A DNA stretch of 64,000 nucleotides from Eledone cirrhosa (GCA_964016885.1 OZ024758.1:17484001-17548000); one strand, 5' to 3'. Shown: positions 13,896-28,715, numbered from the stretch's first letter. The notes: generated from the sequence alone by a model not told the origin. Made by a program: numbers and translations.

Positions 13896-14284
13896 GTACA
13901 TGCATATACAGGCATAGTTTCAAAACAATCAGCAGAAGAAACAAAACATACTACATATTTATACTAGGTACAGCCTAACTTTCTGTTTCTTTTTCCTTGG
14001 GACATTCTATCTATTTAAATATACTATTATAACTTAAGAAGATGAAATTAAGATAAGCTTGTTACTTTACAAATAGTCTCAGTCCTAAGTCATGTAATAA
14101 GGAATATAAATTAATATGAAGATGAAGCTTTATTCTTTGACAATCATGTCAAAGAAAAATGACAAAAATAAGAATTATAATAGAAGGAACTAGATAATAC
14201 AATTTTAATATCAGATCTTCTTACTGATATCCAAGATTCAATTTATCTTTCTTCTTTCTGTTAGGGCAATAGATAGAATTGTTT

Positions 14285-14735
14285 TAGTTGTTGTTATTGT
14301 AGTTATTGCTGTTGATGTTATTACTATTTTTGTTGTTGATGTTGTTGTTATTATTGTTGTTGTTTTGTTATTGTTATTACTGTATTGTTATTATTGTTTT
14401 AGTTGTTGTTGTTATTGTTGTAGTTGTTGTTTTAGTTTTTGTTATTATTGTTTTTGTTGTTGTTGTTATTGCTGTAGTTGTTGTTATTGTTGTTTTAGTC
14501 TTTGTTATTATTGTTTTAGTTGTTGTTATTATTACTATTATTGTTTTAGTTGTTGCTGTTATTGTTGTGGTTGTTGCTGTTGTTGTTGTTATTGTTGTTG
14601 TTATTGTTGTTTTTATTGCAACTATTACTCTTCTTCTTTTTCTTCTTCTTCTTCTTCTTCTTCTTCTTCTTCTTCTTCTTCTTCTTCGTCATCATCTTCA
14701 TTTTCTCCTCCTCGTTCTTCTTCTTCTTCATTTTT
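14285..14735. repeat. (GTT/ATT)n followed by (CTT)n trinucleotide tract
   Basis: Visible directly. Confidence 0.95.
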
Positions 14736-15010
14736 ATAGCTTATAGCTGTCAGGACACAAATAATCTATGAATACATCCAATTATAACATATCAATACTT
14801 TTCTTTTCCTTTCTTTTCTTATCTTTTACATGGTTTTAAATGCTTAGATGTTTATTTCCTTAGGCAAAAGGAATAAATTCCTTTTAAAGCTTTGTATTGT
14901 TCAATCTTAGAAATATATTTGAAATAATTTTGGAATTTGCAGTGAGGGAGTGAACAAGCTGGTGACACCCTTCAGCTCAGTGGCTCTGAAAATGTATCAG
15001 ATGTTTGCGG

Positions 15011-15056
<46 letters not shown>

Positions 15057-15096
15057 TAATAAAAATAATGAATAAAAACAAAGAAACAGTTCCTTA

Positions 15097-15226
15097 TATT
15101 TTACGATCATTTCTAGGATATATATGTGTGTGTTGGTATGTATATCATATAGATCTATGTAAAAATTTTACAAACTATCAGAGGGAATATACATACCTAC
15201 ACATATATATGCTGTCTTCAGAAATA
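15097..15226 (-). ncRNA. Hammerhead motif with very long stem II
   Basis: Minus strand: TATTT CTGAAGA CAGCATATATATGTGTAGGTATGTATAT...ATATACATACCAACACACACATATATATCCTA GAAA TGATCG TA AAATA. Confidence 0.65.
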
Positions 15227-15506
15227 ATCATATATATATATATGTATATATATATCCTTTGGCTTTGTAAATATTTGTTTATTTATTTATTTACACTTAC
15301 TGAAAATTAACATAGAAAAGAAAGAAGTTTTCTGTTCTAGAAGGAAAAGAATGGGAACTCTAAGATTCTAACTCTGTCATGAAAGATTTAACAATATTAG
15401 AACTGAACCTCATTTTCAGTATTATTGAGAATATATCGCATAGGAAGAAAATGAAAATATCTTGTCCAATTCACCAGATTCATTTCACATATTCCGCTTG
15501 GATATT

Positions 15507-16532
<1,026 letters not shown>

Positions 16533-16920
16533 CAGATAAATCTACCAATCAATGGTAGGGTCTAAACCGTATGAACAACTCAATGTAATCCGTATGTAGA
16601 AGATGTCGTGAAGCAAAGTTTAAAGTACAAAATTTTCAACGATATAATTCATTGGATACAGAGTCAAAAATAGAAATATTAAAACAATGAAATTAAACAC
16701 AAAACCGTTAATTCATAGTAAAACTCATTATTTTACGATCGTTTCTGGGGGTGGGGGGGTGGGGTTAGATCCCCGTATGTCCATTCAATTTTTGATCTAT
16801 GTAAAATATATTACAAAATATCATAGTAAGGTGAGGACGGCGGGTAGTAAAGGCGTATATATTTTTTCTTACTATGATCTTTTGTATATATATATATATA
16901 TACACACACATATATATATA

Positions 16921-17078
16921 TCATCATCATCATCATCAACGTTTAACGTCCGTTTTCCACGCTTGCATGGGTTTGGACGGGGGTAGTCCCACTTGAGGCA
17001 AGAGTGATTGTCTTGCTCGCATAGGACTGTCTGGCAGGTTTTCTACAGTTGGATGCCCTTCCTAACACCAACCACATG
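16921..17078 (-). mobile_element. RTE 3' UTR fragment
   Basis: Reverse complement of about 57960-58120; similar fragments at 20041-20205 and 35043-35225. Confidence 0.8.
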
Positions 17079-17125
17079 TATATATATATATGTGTGTGTG
17101 TGTGTGTCTGTCTGTATGTATATAG

Positions 17126-17256
17126 TGTTTCTGAGGAGGGTGGTCAATTGAAGAGGAACTTCGAGACTATTAATGGATAGTAACTTAACCACTACCATGC
17201 TAGTTGATACTTAGATCTCCACTGTTCAATTGACCCTCTGAAATGATCGTAAAACA
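17126..17256 (+). ncRNA. Hammerhead motif with 72-nt loop II
   Basis: TGTTT CTGAGGA GGGTGGTCAATTGAA [72 nt] TTCAATTGACCCTCT GAAA TGATCG TA AAACA. Stem I is 5 bp, stem II has 14 of 15 positions paired, cleavage triplet GUA. Confidence 0.75.
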
Positions 17257-17370
17257 ATGGACTAACTCTCTACCTACACCTGACTTCTGTTTTTAATGTC
17301 CCCTCCCCCCATATATATATATATGTATATATACACACACACATATATATATATATATATACATATATAT

Positions 17371-17570
17371 ATTAGGAACAAGTATGACCCCGACGGCAGA
17401 GCTCAAGCCGTTTCGACGGCTATTTCTGGACTCAGAAATAGCCGTCGAAACGACTTGAGCTCTGCCGTCAGGGTCATACTTGTTCCTATTACCCACTCTA
17501 CTACCCTAAGTATTGAGTACTTTGGTGCGTTATGGTCCATCTGGTTCCTTACCACAATTCCTTCATTATA
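17371..17570. mobile_element. Palindromic element, family A
   Basis: Arms centred on CTGGACTCAG (about 17430); same tail as 2758-2940. Confidence 0.8.
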
Positions 17571-17613
17571 CATATATATATACATATATATATATATATG
17601 TATATATATACAT

Positions 17614-17614
<1 letters not shown>

Positions 17615-17651
<37 letters not shown>

Positions 17652-17890
17652 TTTACGCCCGCTCTTCCCTGCTTGCAAGGGTGGGATTGGAACTAATTCT
17701 GGCTTGATTTCTACAGCTGGATGCCCTTCCTAACACAAACCTCATTTATAGTGAGTGCTGGGTGCTTTTTTGCCGTGGCACCTCCACGACCACTTTACAG
17801 TGGAATGATATGGACCCCAGTCCCTATCATCTCATTTCTACAGCTGAGTAAACTGGAGCAATGTGAAATAAAGTGTCTTGCTCAAGGAGA
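17615..17890 (-). mobile_element. S2 SINE, 5'-truncated
   Basis: Matches 12720-12980. Confidence 0.8.
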
Positions 17891-17894
17891 CATG

Positions 17895-17951
<57 letters not shown>

Positions 17952-18111
17952 GGAAGTTTAGTAAAATCAAAGCTTCGGTTGTAGCCAATCCAATGAGATA
18001 CAAAGAGGAATCTCAGAGTAATAACATTTGTTAGATGCCATGACAAATTGAAAACTGTGGCAGGCAAGCCCAGCCATGACACCAAAGCAATGAGAAAATT
18101 ACCATATACAT

Positions 18112-18365
18112 ATATCAAATCACGCCGAGGTTAACTTTGCCTTTCATCTTTACGAGGTCGATAAAATAAAGTACCAGTAATGCACTGGTCGATTTAATAG
18201 ACTTTCCCCTACACCCAAAATTGTTGGCCTTGTGCCTAAATCAGAAAGCAAATCCCACTGAGGTTAACTTTGCCTTTCAGCTTCAATGAGGTCGATAAAA
18301 TAAAGTACCAGTAATGCACTGGGGTAATTGCCGGCTTTGTTCCAAAAGTAGAAATAATTATTTTA
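18112..18365 (+). mobile_element. Two tandem partial S1 SINEs
   Basis: GAGGTTAACTTTGCCTTTCA..GAGGTCGATAAAATAAAGTACCAG occurs twice. Confidence 0.75.
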
Positions 18366-19759
18366 TCAGCTATGAGTTCATTTACCTTTGAAGGTGCAGC
18401 ATTTCGTATATTTCAGTTATTTTTGTAATTTTTTATACATCAGATTTAAAATAGTCATTTTTAAAATAGCCTCTTAGCTGTAAACCAAATATATTTTGTC
18501 ATGTTTTGTACTGAGCTATGTCTAGCCTTTTCAATGTAGGAATACAGAATATTTCTTGTCCTGTTGTTGTTTTAATCTACTAACTACCATCACTTTGTTA
18601 GCACTCTTTTACACAGTACAAATAAAATCTACAAATGTCTGACATATTAATCTTAACAAGTACTTCTATTTCAGGGGCAGATAAAGCACTTATGCTTTCA
18701 TTTCTTTTTTTTAACTTTTCGGTGCAAATCTCAAATAGAAAAGTCTGGGTCTTTATTAGATTATCATTATTTGTATCAAGTTCCAGTTCATTTATGTTAG
18801 AAGTCACAGTATTAGGTTTGTAGATATTATGCATCAAATTTAAAGTAGTCACAAAGATTTATCCTTTGTGTTTTTTGTTATGCTTTGTTCAGCACAGAAC
18901 TTTTACGAGGTTGATTAAATTTGTGCTCTGGTAGTGAGTTTACATTTAGTTCCCAGTTAGTTATTTGTATTAATGCTAGAAATATATAACTTATATTAGG
19001 CAAAGTAAAATTAAATTAATTCATTACTTACATGGATGTGTATAAAACATTTCATCAGTTCATTCTGGTTTTCTTTGTTAATATTTTAATGGATATTAAT
19101 GGATATTTTTCAAAGCTGCAAAGTAGAAATGTCAGTAGTTATATTTTTCATCCTAGAGCTGAATTATTATTTCATTATTGTCATTGGGTAATCTCCCTCA
19201 TTTGGTAACCCCATGACAAATAAAGAAAGTGTTATCAAAATTATTACTAATATTATTGTTGCCGCTGTTTTTATATTCTTTTACTTATAAAATAAGTATG
19301 GGATATGAAGTGAAGTCGATTAAATTAATATCATACTACATCTAAAAATGTTTGGCTACACATCTAGAGTTTCAGATTTTCACTATTGTTATTACTGTTG
19401 TTTACCATCAATGCATTGTCCAACCCATGCTAGCATGGTAGAAGGACGTTAAACGATGACAATGATGATGATGATGATGATGCATGTATTTACAGAGCTT
19501 TGCTTCTATGGAAATTTCTTCATAGAAAGCAGACATTTTTTAATCAATGACTGGTTCTGGAATGTGAATTCAAGGAGTTTTGGATAATATTTTATATTGT
19601 CTATGTTTGTAAACATCTTTATTTTTTGTTGGAGCTAATTGTATAATTATAAATAAAATTATAAGCTAAACATTCTGAAGTTTAATAAGAACAAATATTA
19701 TGCTTTACAATTCTATAACTTTATATTTTACAAATGGAATAGCTAATATTTGGTTTCTT

Positions 19760-20040
19760 CACCAAGTGAGAGCTGACCTCAGATAGCTGATGCTCATTGA
19801 AGAGATGACAAAGGACCGTGATGAATGGAGAGATGCTGTGCTGAAGAGGACCCATCCCACCCTTGGAAGCAAGGAAAAGTGGACATAAAATGATGATATA
19901 TATATATATAACGAAGGAGTTGTGGTAAGGAACCAGATGGACCATAACGCACCAGAGTACTCAATACTTAGGGTAGTAGAGTGGGTAATAGCCATCGAAA
20001 CGGTTTGAGCTCTGCCGTCGGGGTCATACTTTTTCCTATA
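19760..20040. mobile_element. RTE 3' fragment (+, 19760-19897) followed by a deleted family A element (19910-20040)
   Basis: EMTKDRDEWRDAVLKRTHPTL plus GGACATAAAATGATGA, then the family A tail in reverse orientation. Confidence 0.7.
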
Positions 20041-21424
20041 TCATCATCATCATCATCATCATCATCGTTTAACATCCATCTTCCACGCTAGCTTGGGTTT
20101 GGACGGGAATTTTCCCACTTGAGGCAAGATTAGTTGTCTTGCTCGTATTGGACTGTCTGGCGGGTTTTCTACGGCTGGATGCCCTTTCTAACACCAACCA
20201 TGTTTACAATATATATATATAGAGAGAGAGAGAAAGAAAGAACAAATAAACAATACAACATCACTGTTGACAGAAAGAGCTTAATTCTGGTATGGATAAA
20301 AATATTTTGGGAGATTTGTGACATCCCTTTTTTTCCTTAATTTGTGTTCCATGAATTCTAAAAAGATAACTTTTGAACAGTTTTGACAGTTCATAGAGTT
20401 TGTTTATGAAAAAAATAAACAAAAATACTTTCCAGTTAGTTATTATATTATATATTCATGGTCTATGAAGAAGTGGACACTTCAAGTTAGCTGGGTGCAA
20501 AATTACACAGGAGTTTTGATGCGTAGTAAAATAGTCAGTACTAATTTCAACATGGTAGGGTTGTATAAAACTTTCTTCTTGAAGAAAACGTTTGTTTATG
20601 TTGTTAATGTGGTTTCCTTTGAAGAAGAGAGATATCTGGAGTCTGTTTAGATCTGATAGCTGAACTTAAATTACTTTATCCATTGAATCTATACTATAAA
20701 ATTAAGAAACTAATCATAATTTCTTCTTCTGAAGTGAATTGTTTTTCTATACGTATGATCTAACCATATAAAACAAGACATTGACATAAAGAAGATAATA
20801 TCGCAGTGCCCATAGAGGCAAAAGTAGCTTTGAGGTTAAGATACTAGCATAATAAATTCAATGGCAGTTATAGCTATCATATTCCTAGCTATAGTGAAAG
20901 TACGTTATTGCATTTGTCTGAACAATAAGTGCTGCTCTTACTTCTTGGATGACTGGTTAGTTTCTTTAAAATAAGATATCAAGCAGAACTATCATTATGT
21001 GCTTCATGAATTCTTAGAAAAATATCCAAACTTTCTATTAGTCTATGCTAAACAAAAGTATGTCAAACTTTTAAAATCATTACATAAAGGATTCTTGCGG
21101 ATGGTCTTTTGAATTTAAATATAAAATGAAGAAAATCGGATTTAAGTTATCTGACATTAGACAAATATTAAATTCTTTTGACATAGGCAACAGCAATTAC
21201 AAAAGTAAAATCAATAAGTGCTTTGAGACCATTAGCCTCGCAGGCTTTTGAAAATCTTCTCTATCTTACTCTATCATCTACAACCTTCTTCATCACTTCT
21301 CTGCCTTTAATTTCCTCCTCCATCATCTATATCCACACTTTTAGTGGTCTTCCTATTCCTTCACATCCTTCCACATTCATTAGGTCAGAAATATAATGTA
21401 CATATGTGTGTGTGTGTATAAATA

Positions 21425-21645
21425 AATAGGAAAAGAGTCAAGATCCCGACGGCAGAGCTCAAGCTATTTCGATAGCTACTTCTGGACTAAAATTGAATTT
21501 TAGTCCAGAAATAGCCATCGAAACAGCTTGACCTCTGCCATTGGGGTCTTGCCTCTTTTCCTATTACCCACTCTACTACCCAAAGTATTGAGTACTCTGG
21601 TGCGTTATGGTCCACCTGGTTCCTTACTTCACTTCCTTCGTTATA
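21425..21645. mobile_element. Palindromic element, family A
   Basis: Arms centred on CTAAAATTGAATTTTAG (about 21495). Confidence 0.8.
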
Positions 21646-21684
21646 AATAAATATATATGTGTATATATATATATATATATGTGA

Positions 21685-21902
21685 GATGTGAGAAAAGCCA
21701 CAGACCCTCCATCTCAACTCACCTTTTGAAAAGCAGAAGAACTGCCAAACCGGTAAAGGAACCAAATAAATATATATATTTAAAAATAAAAAAAAATAAG
21801 ACTCCAGTTGCATTTTCGATTTCATCGCTTTTTCTTTATACTTTCACTCGTGTAGGACACCTCGGTTATTTTTCATTTTGTAAAAAAAACCTCACTTTCT
21901 AA
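21685..21902 (+). mobile_element. Family D element
   Basis: Core 21722-21759: CCTT TTGAAAA GCAG AAGAA CTGC CAAA CCGG TA AAGG. Confidence 0.75.
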
Positions 21903-21972
21903 TATATATATATATATATTCTCTTTTACCTGTTTCAGCCATCCGGCTGAGGCCATGCTGGGGCACCGCCCT

Positions 21973-22009
<37 letters not shown>

Positions 22010-22012
<3 letters not shown>

Positions 22013-22640
22013 AAAATGGAATGGGAACAAAACAGAGAAGCAGTAAAAAACAAAGGTTTATTAGTTTCATGCTCTTGAGGAGGGGGAAGTTTCGGGCATA
22101 AGCCCTTCTTCAGGAGAAAAGTGGGGGGAAGAGAGTTCCGAGGGTGTGTGGGGGAGTGGGGGAGAGACATTTAGAAAAGGGGGGGAGTAAAAACGGTGGA
22201 AGGGGTACAAATAAAAATAAAAATAAGCATGAAGATAAACAAGGGTGGAAGGGTGTGGGGAGGGAGGCGGGGTGTCCGAGCGGAGGGGGCTGAAGGTGGT
22301 GTTTGTGTATGTGTGTAGGTGTACGTGTGTGTGTATGTGTGTGTGTGAATGTGAGAGTTGTGGGAAGAACGAGGTTCCATGTTCAGGAAAAGGTGTGAGT
22401 GTGGGGTGGGTTGTAGGTCGGTGTGTGTGTGAGTATGGACGGGGAGGGGTAAGTGGGGTGGGGCAGGATTCCGGAGGCTGAGTGTGTATATATGTGGGGG
22501 TACGCACGTGTGTGTTGGTGTTTATACGTTTTGTGGATGTAGGTGGCGTGGTTCGAAAAATAATTGTGAGTGTATGTCCGTGGGTAAGTTCCTAAGGTAG
22601 TTCCGTAGAGGGTGTGAAGAGGAACAGACATGGTCATCTG
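22010..22640 (-). mobile_element. Penelope-like pLTR fragment with hammerhead core (22089-22113)
   Basis: Minus strand CTGAAGA A GGGC TTAT GCCC GAAAC, preceded by a long C/A-rich tract and followed by AATAAA; stems I and III decayed. Confidence 0.55.
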
Positions 22641-22717
22641 ATCTGACTTGTCTCACAACGGGGCAACTTATCTAACCCATGCTAGCATGGAAAAACGGAT
22701 ATAAAAGGGTGATGATA

Positions 22718-22905
22718 ATTGTTTCTACTTTTGGCACAAGGCCAGCAATTATACCAGTGTATTACTGGTACATTATTTTATCGACCCTGTAAGGATGAAA
22801 GGCAAAATTAACCTCGGCGGGATTTGAACTCAAACCATAAAGGGCCGTAACTCTTTGCTGCAAAGCATGACGTCCAACCCTCTACCGATACTGCCAAACC
22901 ACCGT
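22718..22905 (-). mobile_element. S1 SINE
   Basis: Reverse complement of the S1 consensus. Confidence 0.85.
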
Positions 22906-23139
22906 GATGATAATGATGATATATAATCATCATCGCATATATATATGTGTGTGTGTATATATATAGCATCATCATCGTCATTTTACGTCCATTCTTCACG
23001 CAAGCATGGGGGTTAGACAAGTTGTCCTGTTGTGGGCAATGCTAGGTCAGGTGACCATACTTTGCTTATACAGGACTGATTTTGGCCTAGTTTCTACAGC
23101 TGGATGCCTTTCCTAACACCAACCTCATTTACAGTGAGT

Positions 23140-23535
23140 ACTGGGTACTTTTTGTTGTGACACCTACATGACTACTTTACAGTCTCGACTGGGTGGTTTT
23201 TGTCATGAAACCTAGATGACCACCTTACAGTGTGGGCTGGGTGCTTTTTGTTGTGATGCCTACATGACCACTTTACAGTGTGGCTGGGTGCTTTTTGTTG
23301 TGACGCCTACATGACCACTTTACAGTGTGGACTGGGTGCTTTTTGTTGTGACGCCTACATTACCACTTTACAGTGTGGACTGGGTGCTTTTTGTTGTGAC
23401 GCCTAAATGACCACTTTACAGTGTGGACTGGGTGCTTTTTGTCATGACACCTACACAAACATTTTACCGTGTGGGCTGGGAGCTTTTTTGTCATGACACC
23501 TGCTTGACCACTTTACAGTGTGGGCTGGGTGCTTA
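23140..23535. repeat. About 9 x 48-bp tandem array derived from the RTE 3' UTR
   Basis: CTGGGTGCTTTTTGTTGTGACGCCTACATGACCACTTTACAGTGTGG with starts at about 23237, 23284, 23332, 23380, 23428 and 23476; continuous with the RTE tail at 22968-23140. Confidence 0.9.
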
Positions 23536-23544
23536 TACATACAT

Positions 23545-23890
23545 ATCATCATCATCATCATCCTTTTAGGTCCGCTTTTCCCTGCTTGCAAGGGTGGGAT
23601 GGGAACTGATTCTGGCTTGATTTCTACAGCTGGATGCCCTTCCTAACACCAACCTCATTTACAGTGAGTGCTGGGTGCTTTTTTTCCGTGGCACTTACAC
23701 GTCCACTATACAGTGGAATGATAGGGAACCCAGTCCCTATCATCTCATTTCTACACCTGAGTAAACTGGAGCAATGTGAAATAAAGTGTCTTGCTCAAGG
23801 AAACAACACATCGCCCGGTCTGAGAATTGAACTCACAACCTTTTGATTGCAAGGCCAATGCTCTAACCACTAAGCCATGTGCCTCCACAT
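23545..23890 (-). mobile_element. S2 SINE, full length
   Basis: Matches 12720-13057. Confidence 0.85.
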
Positions 23891-24388
23891 ATATATAAAT
23901 ATATATACATACAATTTCTATCTACCAAATCAGGCAGTTGTGTGCCTGAGTAACTATGCAATAGGATTGAGCCCAAAAGACACATTATATACATGGTTGT
24001 ACAGCTAACTCCTTAACCACAAAGCCTTCCCTGTACTTATGACTGTACAAATGTAAAACAATCAATATTCTATTCTTATTATCTTCAAAGACTTCCATCA
24101 ACAATTTGGCTAACTATCAACTCTGTGGCCTGTTTTTATTTTAATTCTATTTGGTTTTGGTGATAATGGACACCCTTCGTGCCTCTTGCTGTTTTATGGA
24201 AATTAAACCAAATATGAGATTTAAAGTATTTGCATAACTATCGAGGTGATTGTATTAGGGATTTTATTTATTGTACAGAATCTATTTGGTTTTCATTTTA
24301 TCCGACCTCATATTTGAATAACATTTCAGAAACAAATTTGAATAAAACATTAAGTGTAAATATATATATATTTATATATATATATTTA

Positions 24389-24428
<40 letters not shown>

Positions 24429-24649
24429 CATCATCATCATCATCTTCGTTTAACATATATACATATATACTTATATATATGTATATTTATATATATTTAT
24501 ATATATGTATATATATATATATACACATATATATTTATATACATATATATTTGTGTATGTGTGTGTATATATATATGTAGATATGTGTATATATATATAT
24601 GTAGATATGTATGTAGATATATATAAATATATATATGTATATATAATAG

Positions 24650-24860
24650 TAAAAATAATAAATGTGAAGACTAAAATCCAAAGAGGGCTTGATAAGGATT
24701 ATATATATATAAAAACCGTAGAACAAATATTTATTAAAATAACCGATTGAAGTTTAAGCAAAGAATTGCTGCTTTCACCCTTAACTGAGTTTCAGAAGAT
24801 CCCGCTAAGGATGAAAGCAGTGATTCTTTGCTTAAACTTTAATCTGTTATTTTAATAAGT
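24650..24860. mobile_element. Palindromic element, family C (also 31955-32130 and 39520-39750)
   Basis: Arms TTATTAAAATAAC..GATT.AAGTTTAAGCAAAGAAT..CTGCTTTCA and reverse complement around CAGAAGATCCC; shared tail AATAAATGTGAAGACTAAAATC. Confidence 0.75.
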
Positions 24861-24861
24861 A

Positions 24862-25200
24862 TATGATGGCTGCAAAATCTGCTCAGCGTATTGCAATCGC
24901 TTGTCAGATTCAGATGTGTGATGCTCGGATATGGCTTTTCAAGTCTGCTAGAGACACACTCCTTCGCACACTGACGAGAACTATGGATCTCCCTGGCCTG
25001 AGGTTTGCATCAGGTTGTTTGTGAATCCTCACAATACCATGGAGATCATAGTTCACCGGTTCTCTTTGAACATGGCTGCTAATGTGTTTTCTGAGACCAA
25101 ATTTGCTCAAGCAAACTTTTCCACACTCAGGGCACTTCAATTCAATGGAGACACCGATCGTTTTGAGAGATACACCAGGGCATTGCTTACGCACATCCCG
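24862..25200 (-). mobile_element. LINE 3' fragment with C-terminal C2H2 zinc fingers
   Basis: [21 protein letters not shown] plus a second decayed finger (..LKSHIRASH); second copy at 1960-2130. Confidence 0.65.
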
Positions 25201-25257
25201 TTTGACGTATATATATATACATATATATATGTGCTTATGCACATCCCATTTGATGTG

Positions 25258-25309
<52 letters not shown>

Positions 25310-27534
25310 GTCAAATATCTAGATAGCTATTTGTAAATAAATATAGTAATAATTGTTTCTATTTTTGGCACAAGGCCAGCAATTATTCCATTACATTACT
25401 GGTACTTTATAGTAATATTATCATGACAACATGAGTAATTTCTGTGACATTGTTTGCTACACATAAGGAAGCTAAGTGAGAATGTTGACTGTCAGTTGTA
25501 TTGATTTCTATGCAATAGTTGTTGATCACAAGATGAGGGTATCAACCATTATGATGCTTGCTTAAATGAATTACTTTTAAAGATTCAATTCTAATGATTT
25601 GTTTTAATTCATATTCAGAGCTAATGAGTTGTAGGCGACAGATAAAATTTCTCTAGGAATAGAAATGTAAAAACCAAAAAACGAAATTAAACAGAAATTT
25701 ATAAAAATGTTGATTAGTATTCAACATGATGAAGAAAATAATAACAAAATGAAATAAAAGAAAAAATGAAACAGAAAAGAAAATTCTGTTTTAAACTACT
25801 CTTTGGCATGCTTATTTAGCAATAATTTTAATTATTTGATTGTCTCTGAAATAGAAATCATAATTACATATATATATATATATATACACATATATATGTC
25901 GCTCTCTCTCTAAGTATATATATATCTATATATCTATATAAATATATATATATATATACACACACATATGTGTATGTGTGTGTGTATAGATGCGAGACAC
26001 ATTACAATAGAAACACAAACCCTCCATCTTTATTTTAATTTTGATATTTATAAGAACTGTGAAACTGATAAAATAAATAAATATTCTTAAGACTCCAGTT
26101 TCATTTTCAATTCTTTTTCCTTATGTATATATATATATATGTACAGATGTATATAATGTCAGCCCAAATCTCATTTTGGTGGGGTTACAAGTCAAATTGG
26201 CTACAAAAGTTAATTTTAAATTATATAATGCTCCATTACTTCACTGGGTGAATAATTAGTTTATTAATTTATTAATATATATTTTCCTATCATTGAGATG
26301 CCTATGTATTAGAGACAGTTAACCTGATATTTATAAAGTAATATATATATATATATACCAACAGTTAACATCAATTTACCTTACTAGCAAGGCTTGGATG
26401 GGTCAGCACATACCATGTCTGTACTTCACCAGAGCTACTAACCTCACAGACAGACTTAAATAATTTTCTGAACTCTACAGATTTCTTTGTGAGCAATTAT
26501 TATGGCACCAACACTAGGAAGGTTATCATGTTGACACAAAGAGAGCAACAAAATGTCAGTGATCTGGTGACAGTCTGCTGAAAAGTTTGACATGAGGACA
26601 TTAATAATAAATATAATGTAAATTTAACAATTTTTATCTGTTTTTGAATAACTAAAATGAATCTTCTACAATGTTATTGCTTTAGAAGTCACTTGTACTA
26701 CTCCAAAGGTGTACAGCTCCAATAACTGACTGTTTGTACTCACATTAATGTATTTTTCTCAAAATAAATAATATCAAAATCTCATAGATTCAATATTATA
26801 TGAGATAGAATGTTTACCATGAAAATACAATAGTAAATATAGAGTAATGTAAATGCTAAAGGGTTAAGTTGGTGAATTAGCAAAGTCATTAGAACATCAG
26901 ATAGAATGCTTTGTGGTATTGTTTTCAGCTCTCTGAGTTCAAATCTTGCTGAGGTCAACTTTGCCTTTCATCCATTCGAGATCGATAAAAAAGTACCAGT
27001 CATGTACAAGGCTCTACTCTTCATCTATATCTCTTTCCCACTTCCATTCTCTTACTCTCTCTATCCTTCTCTAGAAGAAATCTACTGTAGGGATCCACCA
27101 GGTTTTAAAATGTCCTAAGAAACACTATATATCAATATGGCATCCCTACGACTCCCTCAGGACTTACCGTGGGGGTGGGGGTGGGGGGGGGGGGGGGAGA
27201 AAGAAAGAAAGAAACATATGTTTATCATTAAATTATCATGACATCTAAATAGGGCTCAGTTTGTAGCAGCTCATATCTTTAACACTGTTATTGGTCTGTT
27301 TTCCATGTCAAAAACTGTTAGCTCTTAAAAGACGAGGTTACATAAATATAAAACGGTTTCATAACGAAGGTACTTAACTTGCTATGTTAACCAGTTACAT
27401 TAATCTAAAAATGATATTGATGTGAGTGAGTGTATGTATGTGCATGTGTGTATGTGTATGTCTGATAATATAAAAATATATATGTCTTATCAACCTGTCT
27501 AAACCCATGCTAGTGAGGAAGATAGACATTAAAC

Positions 27535-27567
<33 letters not shown>

Positions 27568-27737
27568 GAATGTGTATGTGCATTGACATACTCTCCCTCT
27601 CTCTCTTTCACTCACTGTTTCTGTCTCTCTTGCTCACCCCCATCTCATTCTTTAACTGTCACTTTTAATTTCGATAAATGTGGTAATGGTTCATGAAAAA
27701 ATAACTAACAATGTGACCTTCAATGCAATTAATTATA

Positions 27738-27840
27738 CAAGGTGTCCCCCCAAAAATATATACACACTTTGATTACCTGTACAAGCAATATCTATTAGAA
27801 TGCTGTTGAAGTATGTATACATTTTATGGAGGACACCCTG
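27738..27840. mobile_element. Tc1/mariner-type MITE (103 bp)
   Basis: TA-CAAGGTGTCC...GGACACCCTG-TA: imperfect TIRs with TA target duplication. Confidence 0.7.
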
Positions 27841-28715
27841 TATGTGCAGCACGTTAGTATTTTCTTTTTATTGATCAGAATGATAGACTGATTATAATGG
27901 TTGTTGAATCATTTGTTCAGTTAATATGGGGCTTTGACAGTTGGTGTTCAGTATTTGTTTTTGGTAGGATGAGAAACCAGAAAAGAAAAGAGTTCAATAG
28001 AGCAACATAGTATGAATAGACAGATAGCATGCCTGGGATGCCTGGCAAGAGTCTTTTACTAAGCCTGGCGTACTGAATACATCAAGCGAATGTCAGATAT
28101 AATGAGAAAATTTGTAAGACTAGAATCAAATGTAAAAGTAAAAATAGTTGTAGAAGTAAATCAGAATGAATGAATGAAAGAAGAAGATAAAAGTAATGGA
28201 GGAATAGAAAAGTATACAGCATTATATGTAATAAGATATGTAAAATAAAGCAGGTTCAATGAGATATTGGAAACTTGTAGATTTAATTCTCAAGAAGTCA
28301 CAGTACATCATGCATCAGAGCATAACCATCTCAGTATAATTATCCATTGACTGTTTCTGTGGTATCGATCTTAACGGGGTAGTTAATTAAGAGAAAAAGC
28401 TATTCAATCACTACTTTCAATTCTATATGACCATATCAATGACACTGGAGATTCCAAATGGCTGAGTGGACACAGTGTAGGATTTCCCAATCATAGATAA
28501 GATTTTTGTATGATGTAGATATTAACTTTATTATGTTTCAGGCTAGAATATATAAGGCAATCTCAGGCAATTTATTTAACTCTTGGAAATAAATATATCA
28601 CTTGAAAATACGAAGGTCTGGTTCTGTACCAGGCATGGGCAACCTGTTTTGAGCAGTGGGCCGCATAGAATGTGTCTCATCATAAGGCAGGCTGCACTAC
28701 TAAAAAAATTCAAGG

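Noticed and set aside
14306-14771. Cys-rich, poly-Ser and poly-Leu ORFs
   Set aside because: Trinucleotide repeat artefacts.
18598-18852. 84-aa ORF as a host exon
   Set aside because: No recognisable domain or convincing splice context, and the length is compatible with chance.
24793-24826. Family C core as a canonical hammerhead
   Set aside because: All three copies have CAGAAGA (U4->A) and lack a clear NUH or stem I.
24910-25314. Host C2H2 zinc-finger gene
   Set aside because: It begins in a microsatellite, lacks TGEKP linkers and has a second decayed copy at 1960-2130; better explained as a LINE 3' end.
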